Made by a program: the position numbers and the translations under genes. The notes under the pieces were generated by a model, which was given only the letters and a program-made list of their open reading frames with translations, was not told the origin of the DNA and searched no databases. This document shows positions 34,206 to 46,507 of a stretch of 64,000 bases of DNA, piece by piece; the first letter of the stretch is position 1; each line of letters starts with the position of its first letter. The stretch is taken from sequence record MH494197.1; one strand, written 5' to 3'.

Positions 34206-35268
34206 ATGTTACCTTTCGTATTGTTATTTGATTATGGGAACGAAAAACAAGAAAGTTCTTATGATGTTAGTGTATATGGAAACAATAACTACATTTTAAA
34301 TAAACAAACTGGAAACCTTTTTGCATCCGGTGCTGCGCATTCATGGGTGATAACACAGTTAAGTATTATATTACCCAAATAGAATCAAATGTTCATAGCT
34401 GTGAGATAGGTTTCCTATCATCATGGATAATTAAGAAGGACAAAACTGTTTTCATTTTAGGAAACAAAAGCAGTATTGGATTAACTGATTCGACAACATC
34501 ATGGTTCGAAATTACAAACTTATTTTCTGCTGTTCCTGAAATATGGGACAACCTATTTGAATGTAAAGTTCAATTGGGATATAACTGCATACGTGTTATG
34601 ACACCACTAGGATCAATATATGCGATTGGTACAAACACTTATGGTGCATTGGGTACTGGTACTACATCCTCATCCACTTCGTTCGTTAAAAGTGGTGCTG
34701 TGGATGCTGTACGCATGGAATCAACAGAACGTTCAGTGTTCTATCAAAACAGTTCTGGACAATGGTTTGGATGTGGTGATAACACATATGGTATACTAGG
34801 TCTAGGAACTACCGCTAGTCGTGTAAACTCATACACCGCACCAGTATGGACTAATGCAGAAGCTGTTAGCTTCTCTAACCGTGGATCATATACAGCCTCA
34901 ATGGTACTCTATACTCATGTGGTGACAAAGTTAATGGTCAGCTAGGGATGGATATACACAAAGCATAGACGCTGCCGAGCACACCATACACCATAGGAAC
35001 CGCATTCCAAATTGGTAAGGCAATAACATCAGCTACACAAGCATCAGCCAACGTATTCATTGGTAAAGATAATAAGTTCTATGGTACTGGTAGTATTGCT
35101 GCTGGTATAAATGGTAGTACTAGTGCTGCATTAAGTAAAGTTACTGCGTTATCAGCATCACTACCACCTGACATTACATACAATGATATTATATCATTTA
35201 ATACAGGGACCGTAACTTTTATTCAAGCAAAGGACAACTATATTATGTTGGTAGAAGAACTTACATAG
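34206..35268 (+). CDS. Leader-tagged RCC1-like protein #17 (degenerate leader, frameshifted)
   Basis: MLPFVLLFDYGN at 34206; IYAIGTNTYGALGTG and WFGCGDNTYGILGLG repeats. Confidence 0.75.
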
Positions 35269-35312
35269 ATAATAGTTCAGACGTTACCACACAGTTCAGT
35301 GTAATTGGTGGA

Positions 35313-37790
35313 TTAGATAATTAAAATTAATCCAGTACTATTATAGTACTGGATTTTTATTATAACATACGTTTTTACGAATAGTATTGTGGATATTTTT
35401 AAGTAGTTCACACCTTTACACAACCCATAAAATACACCAGCACATACACCAAATGCAGGTATCATACATGCAAACATCGTTATCAATTCCCACATCTCCA
35501 TACCATCTTGATTCGGTCCAAGGTCAAAGATAACAACCAAAACCAAACCTGTGATACTTAGCATATAATATGCCATGAAGATAATAAAAGAAACAATACC
35601 AACATCAGAGCGAACTGAATTTAGCATATTATATACTGGGGTTACACAGAAGTAATACAATAACCAAATCAAAGAACCTAAACTAAACACAATAATAGTA
35701 ATGATTGAAAATATTTCACGATAACTCATTTTAGTCCCTCGTACCTAAACGATCATGGATTTCGGAAATCTTATGATACAACCACGCCATCAACTCAACT
35801 GATGCACAGAGAATAACCACACACAGTGTTAGTGAACATATCATAATACCAAATGTTATAAAATTCAAACTCGATGTTAATAATGCAACCAGCATTAGAA
35901 TAAAACCAAAATTGAATGCTATACTCAACACAGTATATGCTGGACTATATCTCCTTTGTATTACATCATATATATTTGATAATGGTCGCTTATGGAAGTA
36001 CTTCCCAATGCACACGAATGCATTCAGTGAGAAGATAAATGTATACGCCATTACCATTAATTGACCAATAAAAGATAATTCAATATTATTCATGTTATCC
36101 TCGTTTGCGGTATTTGATGCTTTGGTGCATTCTCTGAAAATGTGGAACTAATACATATTGTACGGTTTGCCAAATTACCATCAGATTATGGACAGCACCA
36201 CCGAGTAGACCAAACACTACACAGATAATTGCCAGTACTGGATCACCATCTACCATACCCCATTTGAATATATGTAAAATCCATACAGTGATAAGTAGTA
36301 ATAAACTAATCCAATACGTAGTAAAAATCCTGCATGTAATTCATAGTCATCAGCAATTTCATCGTATACGGTTTCCAAGAAGGATACACAGAAGAACTTG
36401 CCAATAATAACAATTGTACTAATAAACAACATAGCAGTTAATATAATAAGTGCAATTTCCATCACATCCCTCGTTTACGCTTTTGATTGCGTCTAAATTC
36501 GGTTAGCCCACGACTAATCGGTGGCATCAGACTACATAAAAAATAACAGTTGTTGGCAATAACATGAAATCAATCATAGCTGTATCATCAGGTGGATCAC
36601 ATACCAAATAATACAAACAAGTAATACTAATAATGGTTGACCCAATAAAAGGAATACAAAATTCTTTTATCTGTTTTTCAACATAATCAAACATCTTCAG
36701 TACAAATAAAAATCCAACCCAACACATAATAAAATAGAATGAATACAACGTGTAAATCAATGTTAAGATATCCATTAGTACCTCGCATCAGGAACTTTAG
36801 CACGTAATTTATGAACGACTGGGAACAACAACAAACTTACATATGCAATAGTTGAACCCCAATAGAATACTAATATAATTGGTTCACCATTGGAACGGAA
36901 CCCTCTACTAATCATTGAGTAGTGAATAATAGGCATAAACATCGCCATAAAACCATGCGTGTAATTTTAATTGCAGCATGTTATCAGAGATGAATACTGA
37001 AATTGGTCGTTTGAAGAACCACATCAGAAAGTAGAATCCAGCACTAAGAATATAGTACATAGTACTAACTTTCATATACCACGGCAGTAAGTGTAAAAAT
37101 ATTCCATCATTCCTCCGGTATCTTGTTTCGAAGTTCAATCATAACACAACAAAGTTTAATGGCCAAGTAAAAACTACACATATCATACCCAATGTACCGT
37201 AAACTGCGGAGAATGCTGGCAGTACCTTTCCTGTGAGTGTTGCTACAATACATGCTATCAATGTTGATGCAAACAACGATTGATTAATGAAAGAATTCAT
37301 AAAATCTTCACCATTACGCTTATAGAATTGTCGTTTAAAATACCATCCTAGAAACATAACTACCCAAAATGTTACATAACCTGTTAGAATAATCCCTGCA
37401 ATTGAATGTGCAACAGAACTACTCTTTAAAAACTCAAGATAAGCTTCAATCATTAGAAATCTCCACGAATTTTTGCTCTACCATTAATGATGAGATTAAA
37501 CAAGTATATCAGCACCCAAATTAGTAATCCAAGGAATACAATATATTGTGATATTGAGTTCAAGTGAGGATTAGCACAATAAATTAAGTGTGCGATAAGA
37601 CCAACAATTGCAAACATACCTTGGATAATAGTGAAAAGAAGTAGTGAAATGTTTCCATCAGGATACAGTTTGAAAACGATTTTCTTTTTAAAATACCATA
37701 GTACTACAACTAGTGCATGATAAAAGAAAAACCAAACAGATAAATCAAAGTAATACTAAGCATTGTATCTGAATTAAAAACTCAAGCATA
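35313..37790 (-). CDS. Cluster of ~7 small multi-pass membrane proteins (110-140 aa each, several frameshifted)
   Basis: ORFs 35313-35729, 35731-36093, 36250-36465, 36527-36775, 36908-37138 and 37139-37453 plus a broken one to ~37790; three hydrophobic segments and basic C-terminal tails. Confidence 0.75.
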
Positions 37791-37856
37791 TCGTATCTCC
37801 GGTGGTGAATATTAAGTTATAGTACTACACTATGGTAGTACTGTCAATACATGTAA

Positions 37857-38626
37857 TTAAATTTTCTCAAGGAACATGTTTTCTGCCATTGACTCCCAAT
37901 CATATGGAAATTTATTATACAGACCAGCGATCAGTACTGGCATACGCAGAGAAGGTGAACGCAGCTTTTCTTCGTTGTTCAGCATCCAGTTTAAGATAGC
38001 TTTACAACCATTTTTATTAACCCCATTGTTCTCAAGAATATTAGTCTTGTTCATGATGTTCTCAATGTGAATCATAACTTCTTCGTTAGTGAACAGTTGA
38101 AGATCAACAAAGATACTACGAGTAATCAGTGCATCAATGTGTGGTGCTAAACTGCTTTTACCTTTAGCAATCTGTGACAGGTTTTGTTCGTCAGGAAGAT
38201 TACCTTCCCACGGAATTCAAACTGCTTAGGAATACCCTGCTGTTCCGTACTTCCCAGAAGTTGCATAAGATACAACCCGCTTCTCTGACGTGTCCAACAC
38301 GGCTTTAAGTAAATCAATATTGGTTTCATCACTGAAGATATCAACGTCATCAAGTAACAGTACTGATGCGGCATGACGTGAACGATACAGTGCTTCGTAC
38401 AGACCCATAGTGGTTACTTTACCGCTGATCTTTTGTAGTCGATTTCAAAGTTATCATCAGCTTTCTGCAAACGCTGGTCAACGTTGTAAGTTTTTCCAAC
38501 ACCACCTTTACCAGATACAATCAGGGAATTGATTGAATTAGCTTGGGTATCAAGTAAACATTCCAAAGCTGCCATCATGCTGTTGAAGTTCTTTTCGATT
38601 TGGATTGCTTTCTCTGTACGGGTCAT
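37857..38626 (-). CDS. P-loop (AAA+-type) ATPase, frameshifted (~255 aa)
   Basis: Walker A SGKGGVGKT, Walker B VLLLDDVD and FEFRGKVIFLTN; joined from ORFs 38414-38773, 38226-38408, 38147-38374 and 37857-38075. Confidence 0.8.
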
Positions 38627-39042
38627 GTCTTTATCCTCTTGAGTTGATGAAATGATTATAGCAAAAGGGCTGACTAGTGTCAACCCTTTTGTTTTAGATA
38701 ATTTGTACTTCATCATAGATCTTGCACGATTTGCTTTCCGGGTTATTTGTAAATTTATACCTAGTGGAATCAAGAATTATTTTAAATCTTCTTTCACATA
38801 GTACTCATATAATTTAATTACTTTTGTATATTGAATCACATTGTCTACGCAATAGTTTATAGTATGCTTTACCACGAGGAAATAGTTTACGTGTATGTTC
38901 TCCTTTTCCCCACGGTCCTAAATATGTTTTACGCGTGTCGTGATTATTAAAGTTATTTGATACAGTTGATTTTGTACCAATCGGATCTTCCTTACTAAAA
39001 TAGATAGACATTATAAAGTTCTCTCTTCACTAAGTTTTTGTA

Positions 39043-40611
39043 TTAAACTATTTCGGTAGCTCCATACTTAAAGTAAATTTCCTTAATCATTTCAAGATTA
39101 TGGATGCTTGTAGTTTCAGACCAACCATCCTCCATCAATTCACGTTCAATAATACCTTTCGTATTATGGATTTTAATATTTTCAGTTTGAAACAGTTTCT
39201 TACATTCAGTTTCGGCAGCAATACAATCAACTGGATTTTCAAATTTAAAAGAGCTAATACGTTTTATATCATAATAACATTTTAAGTTTTGTTCATATTC
39301 ACGACGACCGAGGATTGTTTCAATTCCATATTTTAGCCCAATATATTCACCTGCATTACATATACCACTAATATATGCAATTTTTGATTGCGATGTGCCT
39401 TACGAGGATTGCCACATCCACGCAAATGTATAGATGGTGTTTGCCAGAATTCATCACCACTTTCTGGATCAATAATACACACATTAGTACGGGCATCAAT
39501 ATACTCTACTTTACTGTAATCATATTGTTCATCGTGAATTTCGTTAGCCCTGTTGATAAATTCATCAATTGACATTTTATTTTTCAGGCCAGTTGATATA
39601 TTAGCACGATCATTATTACCACATCCCATCAAATGTGATGATGGTGTTTGCCAGAATTCACCATATACTGGATCTATAATACATACCTTAGTACTGTTGT
39701 TTACGTATACGACCTTACTATAATCATACAGATTATCATGCACCAAATTGGCCTTCTCGATAAATTCATCAAGTGTTAAGCGTTTACTCTGTGCCGTTTT
39801 TCAAAACCACGGATTGGGTTTCCATGACCTTTCCAATGGTAGATTGGTTCTTGCCAGAATTCACCATATACTGGATCTACAATACATACCTTAGTCCATG
39901 CACCAGTATACTCCACTTTACTGTAGTCATATAAATGACCATGTACTGCACGAGAACGTTCAATAAAACTTCGTTGGTGAATGTTTTATTTACTGAAGTT
40001 CCTATACGCCCACGTTCCATGTTACCATGCTTGGATTTTAAATGGTCATATGGCGTTTGCCAGAATTCACCATACACTGGATCAATAATGCATACTGGAG
40101 TTTTACTATTAACATATTCTACGTTTGAATAATCGAACGTATTTCCAAAACGTTCGATAGCTTCAGCTATAAATGTTTCAGTTGTTTTTGATTTAAGTTT
40201 TTACCATTTTCAATGGCACGTTGTGGGCTACCTGCACCTTTTAAATGGGAGCTGGGTTCTTGCCAGAATTCACCATACACTGGATCAATAATACATACCT
40301 TAGTGCTATTATTTTTATAAACAACTTTACTATAATCATAGAGGTTGTTATGAACTTTTTCTGCTCGTTCTATAAACGTTTGGGTGGTTAATTTGCCAAC
40401 ACCTGAACGATATGGATTCCTGACCGCGAATGTGATGTGACGGAGTTTGCCAGAATTCACCATACACCGGATCAATAATGCATACTGGTTCTTTAGCTTT
40501 TACATACACTGCTTTTTCGTAATTATAGAGATCACCATGTACATTTCGTGCAGCAATTAAAAAGTTTCTTGGTCGGTAACACGCATTTTCTTTATCCCTA
40601 GTACGTTTCAT
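39043..40611 (-). mobile_element. Free-standing homing endonuclease-like gene with six DUF723-like repeats and a GIY-YIG/T5orf172-like C-terminus (frameshifted)
   Basis: Six ~204-nt repeats encoding YDYSKVxY...VCIIDPVYGEFWQxPxxHLxG; C-terminal AYI...LKYGI...RRxxEQN...AExxCKKxF...DGWSET. Confidence 0.7.
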
Positions 40612-40875
40612 TTCGATAGAGCTATAATAGCAAAGGGCTGACCGAAGTCAACTCTTTGATATGATAATATAATCATTCCATAAATTATATATATTGTTTT
40701 CAACACAATCATCATCGCTTAATTCTATAATTGACGAGATAAGTTCTGATAAGGTTTGTGTGTTCAAAACCGTATCACGATGTCTCAACCACCATTTCAT
40801 GGTGAGTGTTCGGATTTTGTACGGATTGTTTGAAAACTTGTATCTAGAAGTGTCAAGTATCATTTTAATCTCTAT

Positions 40876-41310
40876 TTACTTAATCATCTCGGTATAGTAC
40901 TCAGGTAACTCAACATCAGTAAATTTATACCACTTAGGCTTCATTTGGAGCTTCTCAATCAAGCGTTCACGAGACATTTTAATCTCTGAATCAGATGGTA
41001 CATAGTCCGCAAAACTCCGCAGGAAGCCGCTAATGTCGTTTAATTCAATGTTTTGAATCTTCATACCACGACGCAAACATTCGTTAACAATTTCAATATG
41101 ACGCTTCTGTAAGTACAATAACTTGTTGTAGAAGAATGTTACATGACCTGAACCTAACAGGTAAGTACTGTTAATTTTGAAATCACGTACACGCTTACGT
41201 GCTTGAACATGTTTTTGTACAGCACCAAATACACGTGGAAGTTCACGATATTCAGCCATCAGATGTTGGTCAGCAAGTTCTTTAACGTGTACTAAGTTAA
41301 TGCGGGTCAT
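40876..41310 (-). CDS. denV: Pyrimidine-dimer DNA glycosylase / endonuclease V
   Basis: [28 protein letters not shown]...[20 protein letters not shown]...KPKWY matches T4 endonuclease V. Confidence 0.95.
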   Translation of the reverse strand: MTRINLVHVKELADQHLMAEYRELPRVFGAVQKHVQARKRVRDFKINSTYLLGSGHVTFFYNKLLYLQKRHIEIVNECLRRGMKIQNIELNDISGFLRSFADYVPSDSEIKMSRERLIEKLQMKPKWYKFTDVELPEYYTEMIK

Positions 41311-41907
41311 GTATTCATCCTCTCGTCTTGATGAAATAATTATAGCAAAAGGGCTGACCGAAGTCAACCCGTTTTGAAAGGATTTTTAATGGTTTTCGTA
41401 CTGTATGTATTTTGCTTTGTAGTTCTTCTTCCCACAAAACATTTATATTATAAACTAAATCATTGTAGTCACTGTTCACAAAGATAAAATCATACTTCTC
41501 ATTAAAAGTATGAGAAATCAATTTCATTTTCATAAGTATTATTGAACTTTTAAATTTATATGTTTCTTTTTCTTCTCCAGTTTTTGAACTTTGTATATTT
41601 TTATAAATTCCATGAATTCATCATTGGTCATTGTTTCAGCATCCAACAATACCCAACTTCACAATCTCATACCCGTCCAGATATCCGTAGGAACACTCAG
41701 GTGTTTCATAAGATGAACCATCATAGATGCCCGCATTGGCTTTTGGAATTCTCAAGCAATCGTTGCAGTACTGATACGTCATCAAGAACGTAATACAAGT
41801 TAGCATATAAATCCGTTACAATACAGTACTCCAACATGTCAAATGTATCAATCGAAATTTCAACCTTAGCAAATCGTTTCTTTTCTTTATTATACAATGC
41901 GTACATA

Positions 41908-42278
41908 TTAATCTCCATAATCAAGTTTAACCAACTTACCACACAGATACCCAAAGTTTTCTGGCTTCGCATCTGAATAGAAGAAGTCAGTACTCAACTC
42001 TGAATCCAATGCTAAAGCACACAACTCCACCCAAAATAAACCCTATGTTGTACTGGCTTACAACGTTTCTGTACAGTTACTAGTCCAGTACATGATGACC
42101 ACAACGTAGGGCAGATACCACTATCACTACGCTTGGAGTACTGCATCCAAGAACGTTCATTGAGGTTAGCTATCATCCCTGTTAAGAATAGCTTCCAACT
42201 TTTAAAGGTTGGAATCTTGATAGCATATTCCCCAATGAGTATGACAGTTCGTGTTGCACCTTTCAAATCTATATTCAT
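41908..42278 (-). CDS. Minimal protein-kinase-like protein (~120 aa, one frameshift)
   Basis: GATRTV...YAIKIP (ATP-binding Lys), SDAKPENFG (catalytic loop) and KLDYGD (DFG equivalent). The last two motifs were read by hand from 41908-42010. Confidence 0.65.
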
Positions 42279-42754
42279 ATTTTTAATTAGAAGAACACAA
42301 ACCAAGTCCAGAATAAATTCCACACTACAAATAAAGACATAGTGGTTTTATGTACAATATCAGCAGTACTGGTCCATCCTCCACCGTGTCCTATTCCATT
42401 TATGAATAGAACTAAGAACAAGATACCATTTACTACAATAGTACATAGTAAGTACACAAACACATTCCATGCAAGTTCAGGAGATACTAACGTAAATGGT
42501 AAAACAATTAGTAGTATTAGAACTAATAAAATTTTCATTTATCGCCTCACTTAATTAACGTGACAATTAGTACGAATCAGATTCCCAGTACTCGATTGCT
42601 TCTTTCAGCAATTCTTTAGCACGTTGTTTTGCAATGCGAGCGGGTAACAGATATGTGTACATTAACTGACGCTTCACTTCATTCAGTGAAAGCTGTTCAT
42701 GGTACAGTGCATCCATCAGTCGATTACGAGTACGTAGTTTCATATAAGTTATCC

Positions 42755-43309
42755 TTATTTCAAAGAATCATAGTAAGCAGTGTCAAAGATTGGAGTCATA
42801 ATAACATAGTCAATACGGTCAATGTAAGTTGAACTCCACATTTCTGGTTTGTCATAAAATTGACGCTCGCGTTCATTCATACGAGTCAGTACTTCTTCCA
42901 ATTTACTACGTGAAGCCATCAATGTATTACGCGATCCATAAGTGAAGTACTCAGTCCATTGATATTCATATTCAGTACTGATAGATTGAATAGTACCATC
43001 TTTGAAATGAGCTAAGGCATATCCTTTCTCTACAAAGTTATCAGGTGGAAGAACACCATCTGGATTAGTTTTCAATGCTTTGGTTAACTTTTCTTTAATT
43101 TCAGTTAACGTGCATACTGAACGAATGTTCTTCAGGTTTGATACTTGAAAATCACTGTACTTTCCAAAGAAAAATACACGCCAATCTTTAGGTTCATTAT
43201 CAGATACGGTAATATTCGGATGATGGGCGAGTAAACGAAGAAGGCCAGCTTTGTGACCGTTAATGTAGATCTCATGGATGTGGTTAGCAGTTTTCTTAAA
43301 AGTAATCAT
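42755..43309 (-). CDS. Hypothetical protein (184 aa)
   Basis: Intact ORF behind promoter + stem-loop 43328-43383. Confidence 0.8.
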   Translation of the reverse strand: MITFKKTANHIHEIYINGHKAGLLRLLAHHPNITVSDNEPKDWRVFFFGKYSDFQVSNLKNIRSVCTLTEIKEKLTKALKTNPDGVLPPDNFVEKGYALAHFKDGTIQSISTEYEYQWTEYFTYGSRNTLMASRSKLEEVLTRMNERERQFYDKPEMWSSTYIDRIDYVIMTPIFDTAYYDSLK

Positions 43310-43384
43310 GACAATTCCTCGATTGTGGGGATGAGAAGTTCATCCCTTGATAAACATTATACAGTACTGAATGAGTTTGTCAAC

Positions 43385-43762
43385 TCAAAATAAATTCATT
43401 TCATGTGCGTATTGTGGTTCAAGATGCGATAAGTTTTTGAAGCTTTCTTTCAACTCAGCATCATCTACATACACCGTGCGTACATTCCCCATAGTGAAAC
43501 CTACCCACACAGTCATGTCACCAGTCCCTAAGCGTGGCATTGATAGCGAACCATCAGGTGAAACATCAAACGCTACACTGAAGTCATCAGTAACAACGTC
43601 TGAACCATTTTCGAGAATAATACATCCACTATCTTTAAGCTTCTGAATGTGGATAGCAGCCTCTACAGCACGTTTGAAGTTATAGTAAGACTCTTTATCC
43701 TCAAACATTGATTGTTTAATCAGACGCTTGTTTAGCTCGGTTACTTTGTGCATTTGACGCAT
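43385..43762 (-). CDS. Hypothetical protein (125 aa)
   Basis: Intact ORF. Confidence 0.75.
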   Translation of the reverse strand: MRQMHKVTELNKRLIKQSMFEDKESYYNFKRAVEAAIHIQKLKDSGCIILENGSDVVTDDFSVAFDVSPDGSLSMPRLGTGDMTVWVGFTMGNVRTVYVDDAELKESFKNLSHLEPQYAHEMNLF

Positions 43763-44025
43763 TACTTATCCATCTCCCACAGTTGTAGAATTTCATAAGA
43801 GCCGGTGGTGCTGGATTCCTGATCTCAGGAATTGAGTACTTTTAGGATTACCACCAGCATTAAATTCGTCAAGTAATGATTCCAGTTCGCGACGATCCTG
43901 AACAACATAAACACAATCACCTGAACCTTCTTCGAGAATCATTTCACTTCCTGCACAATCCCATACTGTTGAGATACATAGAATCTCTTTTGTATTTTTA
44001 TTACGCAATGCAAACATAGTAATCC

Positions 44026-45056
44026 CTATCGATTTGGCATTTTATCTCGTAATTTCACAAGATAATCAATCACGGTACATCCTGAAATAAAGGTAATATA
44101 AGTACTGAAAAATCCTACCAGAATAAAGGCAACAAGCGTACTCCCATTTGGTTCTTCAGCTTTAATACCAATGATACCATCAGATGCAGTGAAAAATGTA
44201 GACATAAACGTTAGACAGATGTACATCACTAATAAGAATTCATGTTCTAATGACGGATAAAACGGTCAAAAGTTTATAAAATTTAAAGTACAGTAGGAGT
44301 ATACCAACAAAGGCATAGAAAGTAAACAGTGTTGTTATGATATATGATATTAAATTTAAATTATACATCTCAACGCTCCGGTAGATTATCACGTAATGTT
44401 TTGATTCGATTATACAATTTCATTGCTACATTCCCAAATAAACCAGAACCCATTACTAAAATGTATGCGATGATCATAGTAATAATTACAATAGTACCTA
44501 GACTGTAATGTACTGCACTGATACCCATTATTGTTTCTACAATGATGTGAGCAACAGAAATCACCAAAAGTACTACTACAATTGGATGATTTGGATACAT
44601 TCGGTTAAACAATGTTTTGTACTTAAAGAAGTACAGTACTCCACCAAATAAGAAGTACACAATGTAGATTGATGCAACGGCATAAGCAAACGCATTAGTG
44701 TAAAAATCATTATCAATCCTTACTTTTCAGGGATTTTATTACGCCACTCATCGATGCGATGAAGCAGTTTAAAGAGCAAAAATATTGGAACTGTAGCTAT
44801 CATAGTAGCAATTGTTAGTAATGTCAACACCGATACGAGATTTAATTCGTCCGTACTATATCCACATACCAGTGCTTCAATTATCCCCACGTACATGCAC
44901 AGAACATCAAAATGAAATTGGTGCATCGTAGTATATGCGTTGATACAAGGTCGTGTATCGGAAGAATGCAATAATGTAACCAAACATGTAATACACCCAA
45001 ACTAACGATACTATATAAAATGATACCTTATTAATTAATTCAAAATGATGTTCCAT
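44026..45056 (-). CDS. Second cluster of three small membrane proteins related to 35.3-37.8 kb
   Basis: C-termini KLRDKMPNR, TLRDNLPER and EWRNKIPEK. Confidence 0.7.
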
Positions 45057-45842
45057 TTTACCCCTACATATATTCTAAGAATAATGTATTAGCTTCGTCT
45101 ATGTTCTTAAGATAATACATGTAATACAGATTTGGTTGTCCGTCTTTTGAACTCAAATCAAAGTACTTTAAACTATGCACCTTCATGACAAAAACAAATA
45201 ATGACTTAAAACCAATCTCACCGTACTTAATAAACAGTTCATCTAAATGAATGTAACTCTTAGTTTCAGATAATTCCTTCACATCAGCTTCAATTTCTTG
45301 TAAGCGAAGTTTACCGATTAAGTTTTCAAATGAACGCATGATCTTGTTCCTTATGCTGGTACACAATTTTTTATAATGAATACACGTTTCATGAATGAAC
45401 TTTCATATACGTACTTCAGTTTACCATTTTCACGCATACGATGAAACACATCTTTACCGCTAGTACTCCATGTTGAACCAGTCTCTGCATCAACATTGTT
45501 CATTACACCAGATGTTACGTTTACCCGTACTTGAAGCTAAAGGTACTACCTTCTTCTACCAGAGGGATTGGTGTACTACGTTCATGTTCCAGTACAAGTT
45601 TACTGCCGATGATGTTGTACGAAGTTATCTTGCATTTTAAAACACCCATCTCTTGTGCAGTTGGGTAATTCTTCTCAAACAAATCAGATACTTCATTTGC
45701 ATAACAAACTGAACTAATCATAAGAAGTAATGAACTGATAGAACGGAAAATAACTTTTAACATGTTTGCCTCCAGTAGTTGATGAAATGATTATAGCAAA
45801 AGGGCCGACCGAAGTCAACCCTTTTCTTTTATATTTTACATG

Positions 45843-46440
45843 TCATGTCTGGTTTTGGCTTTTCATTCTTTGGCTTTTCAAATGGATTTGGCTTAGGGAC
45901 TTTTTATCTTTGTCATCTTTAGCTTTCTTTTTGTTTTCTTTTTTATCCGATTTGTCAGCTTTGTCTTTCTTATCTTTTGAATCTTTGTCAGCTTTAGATT
46001 GTGGTTCCTCACATACAGCAGCTTTTGGCTCCGGCATATCACATGAGTTATCCACAGGTTTAATGAACTCTTTACAGTTGTAGAAGTATAAACTTTCATT
46101 GGTAGTAAGATTGTGGAATCTAAAGGTATTTTCACCATTAGTATATACTTTCTTAGTACTCTCAATATCATTACACATTGCAACCGTGTCACCGGAATTC
46201 ACGCTCGATACCTATTACATCCGACTTACGTTCAGATAGTATTCCAGACGTATATCGATCTTTGTTATCAAATGCATTGAACCCTATAGTTTTATTATTG
46301 TCATGTACCAATCCTCTAGTGTAAGACTTCGTATAGAACTCACCGTTTCTAAACTCCTGTCTAGCAATGGAGCACTGGTATTCAGTACTATAAACTATAT
46401 CAGTAAACAATACAAGTGAAAATAAAACATATTTAAACAT
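45843..46440 (-). CDS. Secreted protein with Lys/Asp-rich low-complexity tail (two ORFs joined by an indel)
   Basis: Signal peptide MFKYVLFSLVLFTDIVYS; tail KADKDSKDKKDKADKSDKKENKKK. Confidence 0.55.
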
Positions 46441-46507
46441 TGCATTACCTCTTATAAAACCCTCAACAATATTTACAAAAGGTTGACCGAAGTCAACCTT
46501 TTAAATG

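Noticed and set aside
14720-35268. Diversity-generating retroelement or invertase shufflon driving propeller variation
   Set aside because: No reverse transcriptase, no TR/VR pair differing at adenines, no recombinase in the window, and all array genes are co-oriented.
38414-41367. Shared peptide [10 protein letters not shown] at the N-termini of ORFs 38414-38773 and 40876-41367
   Set aside because: It is just the translation of the same terminator/promoter module; the real starts (MTR...) lie downstream of it.
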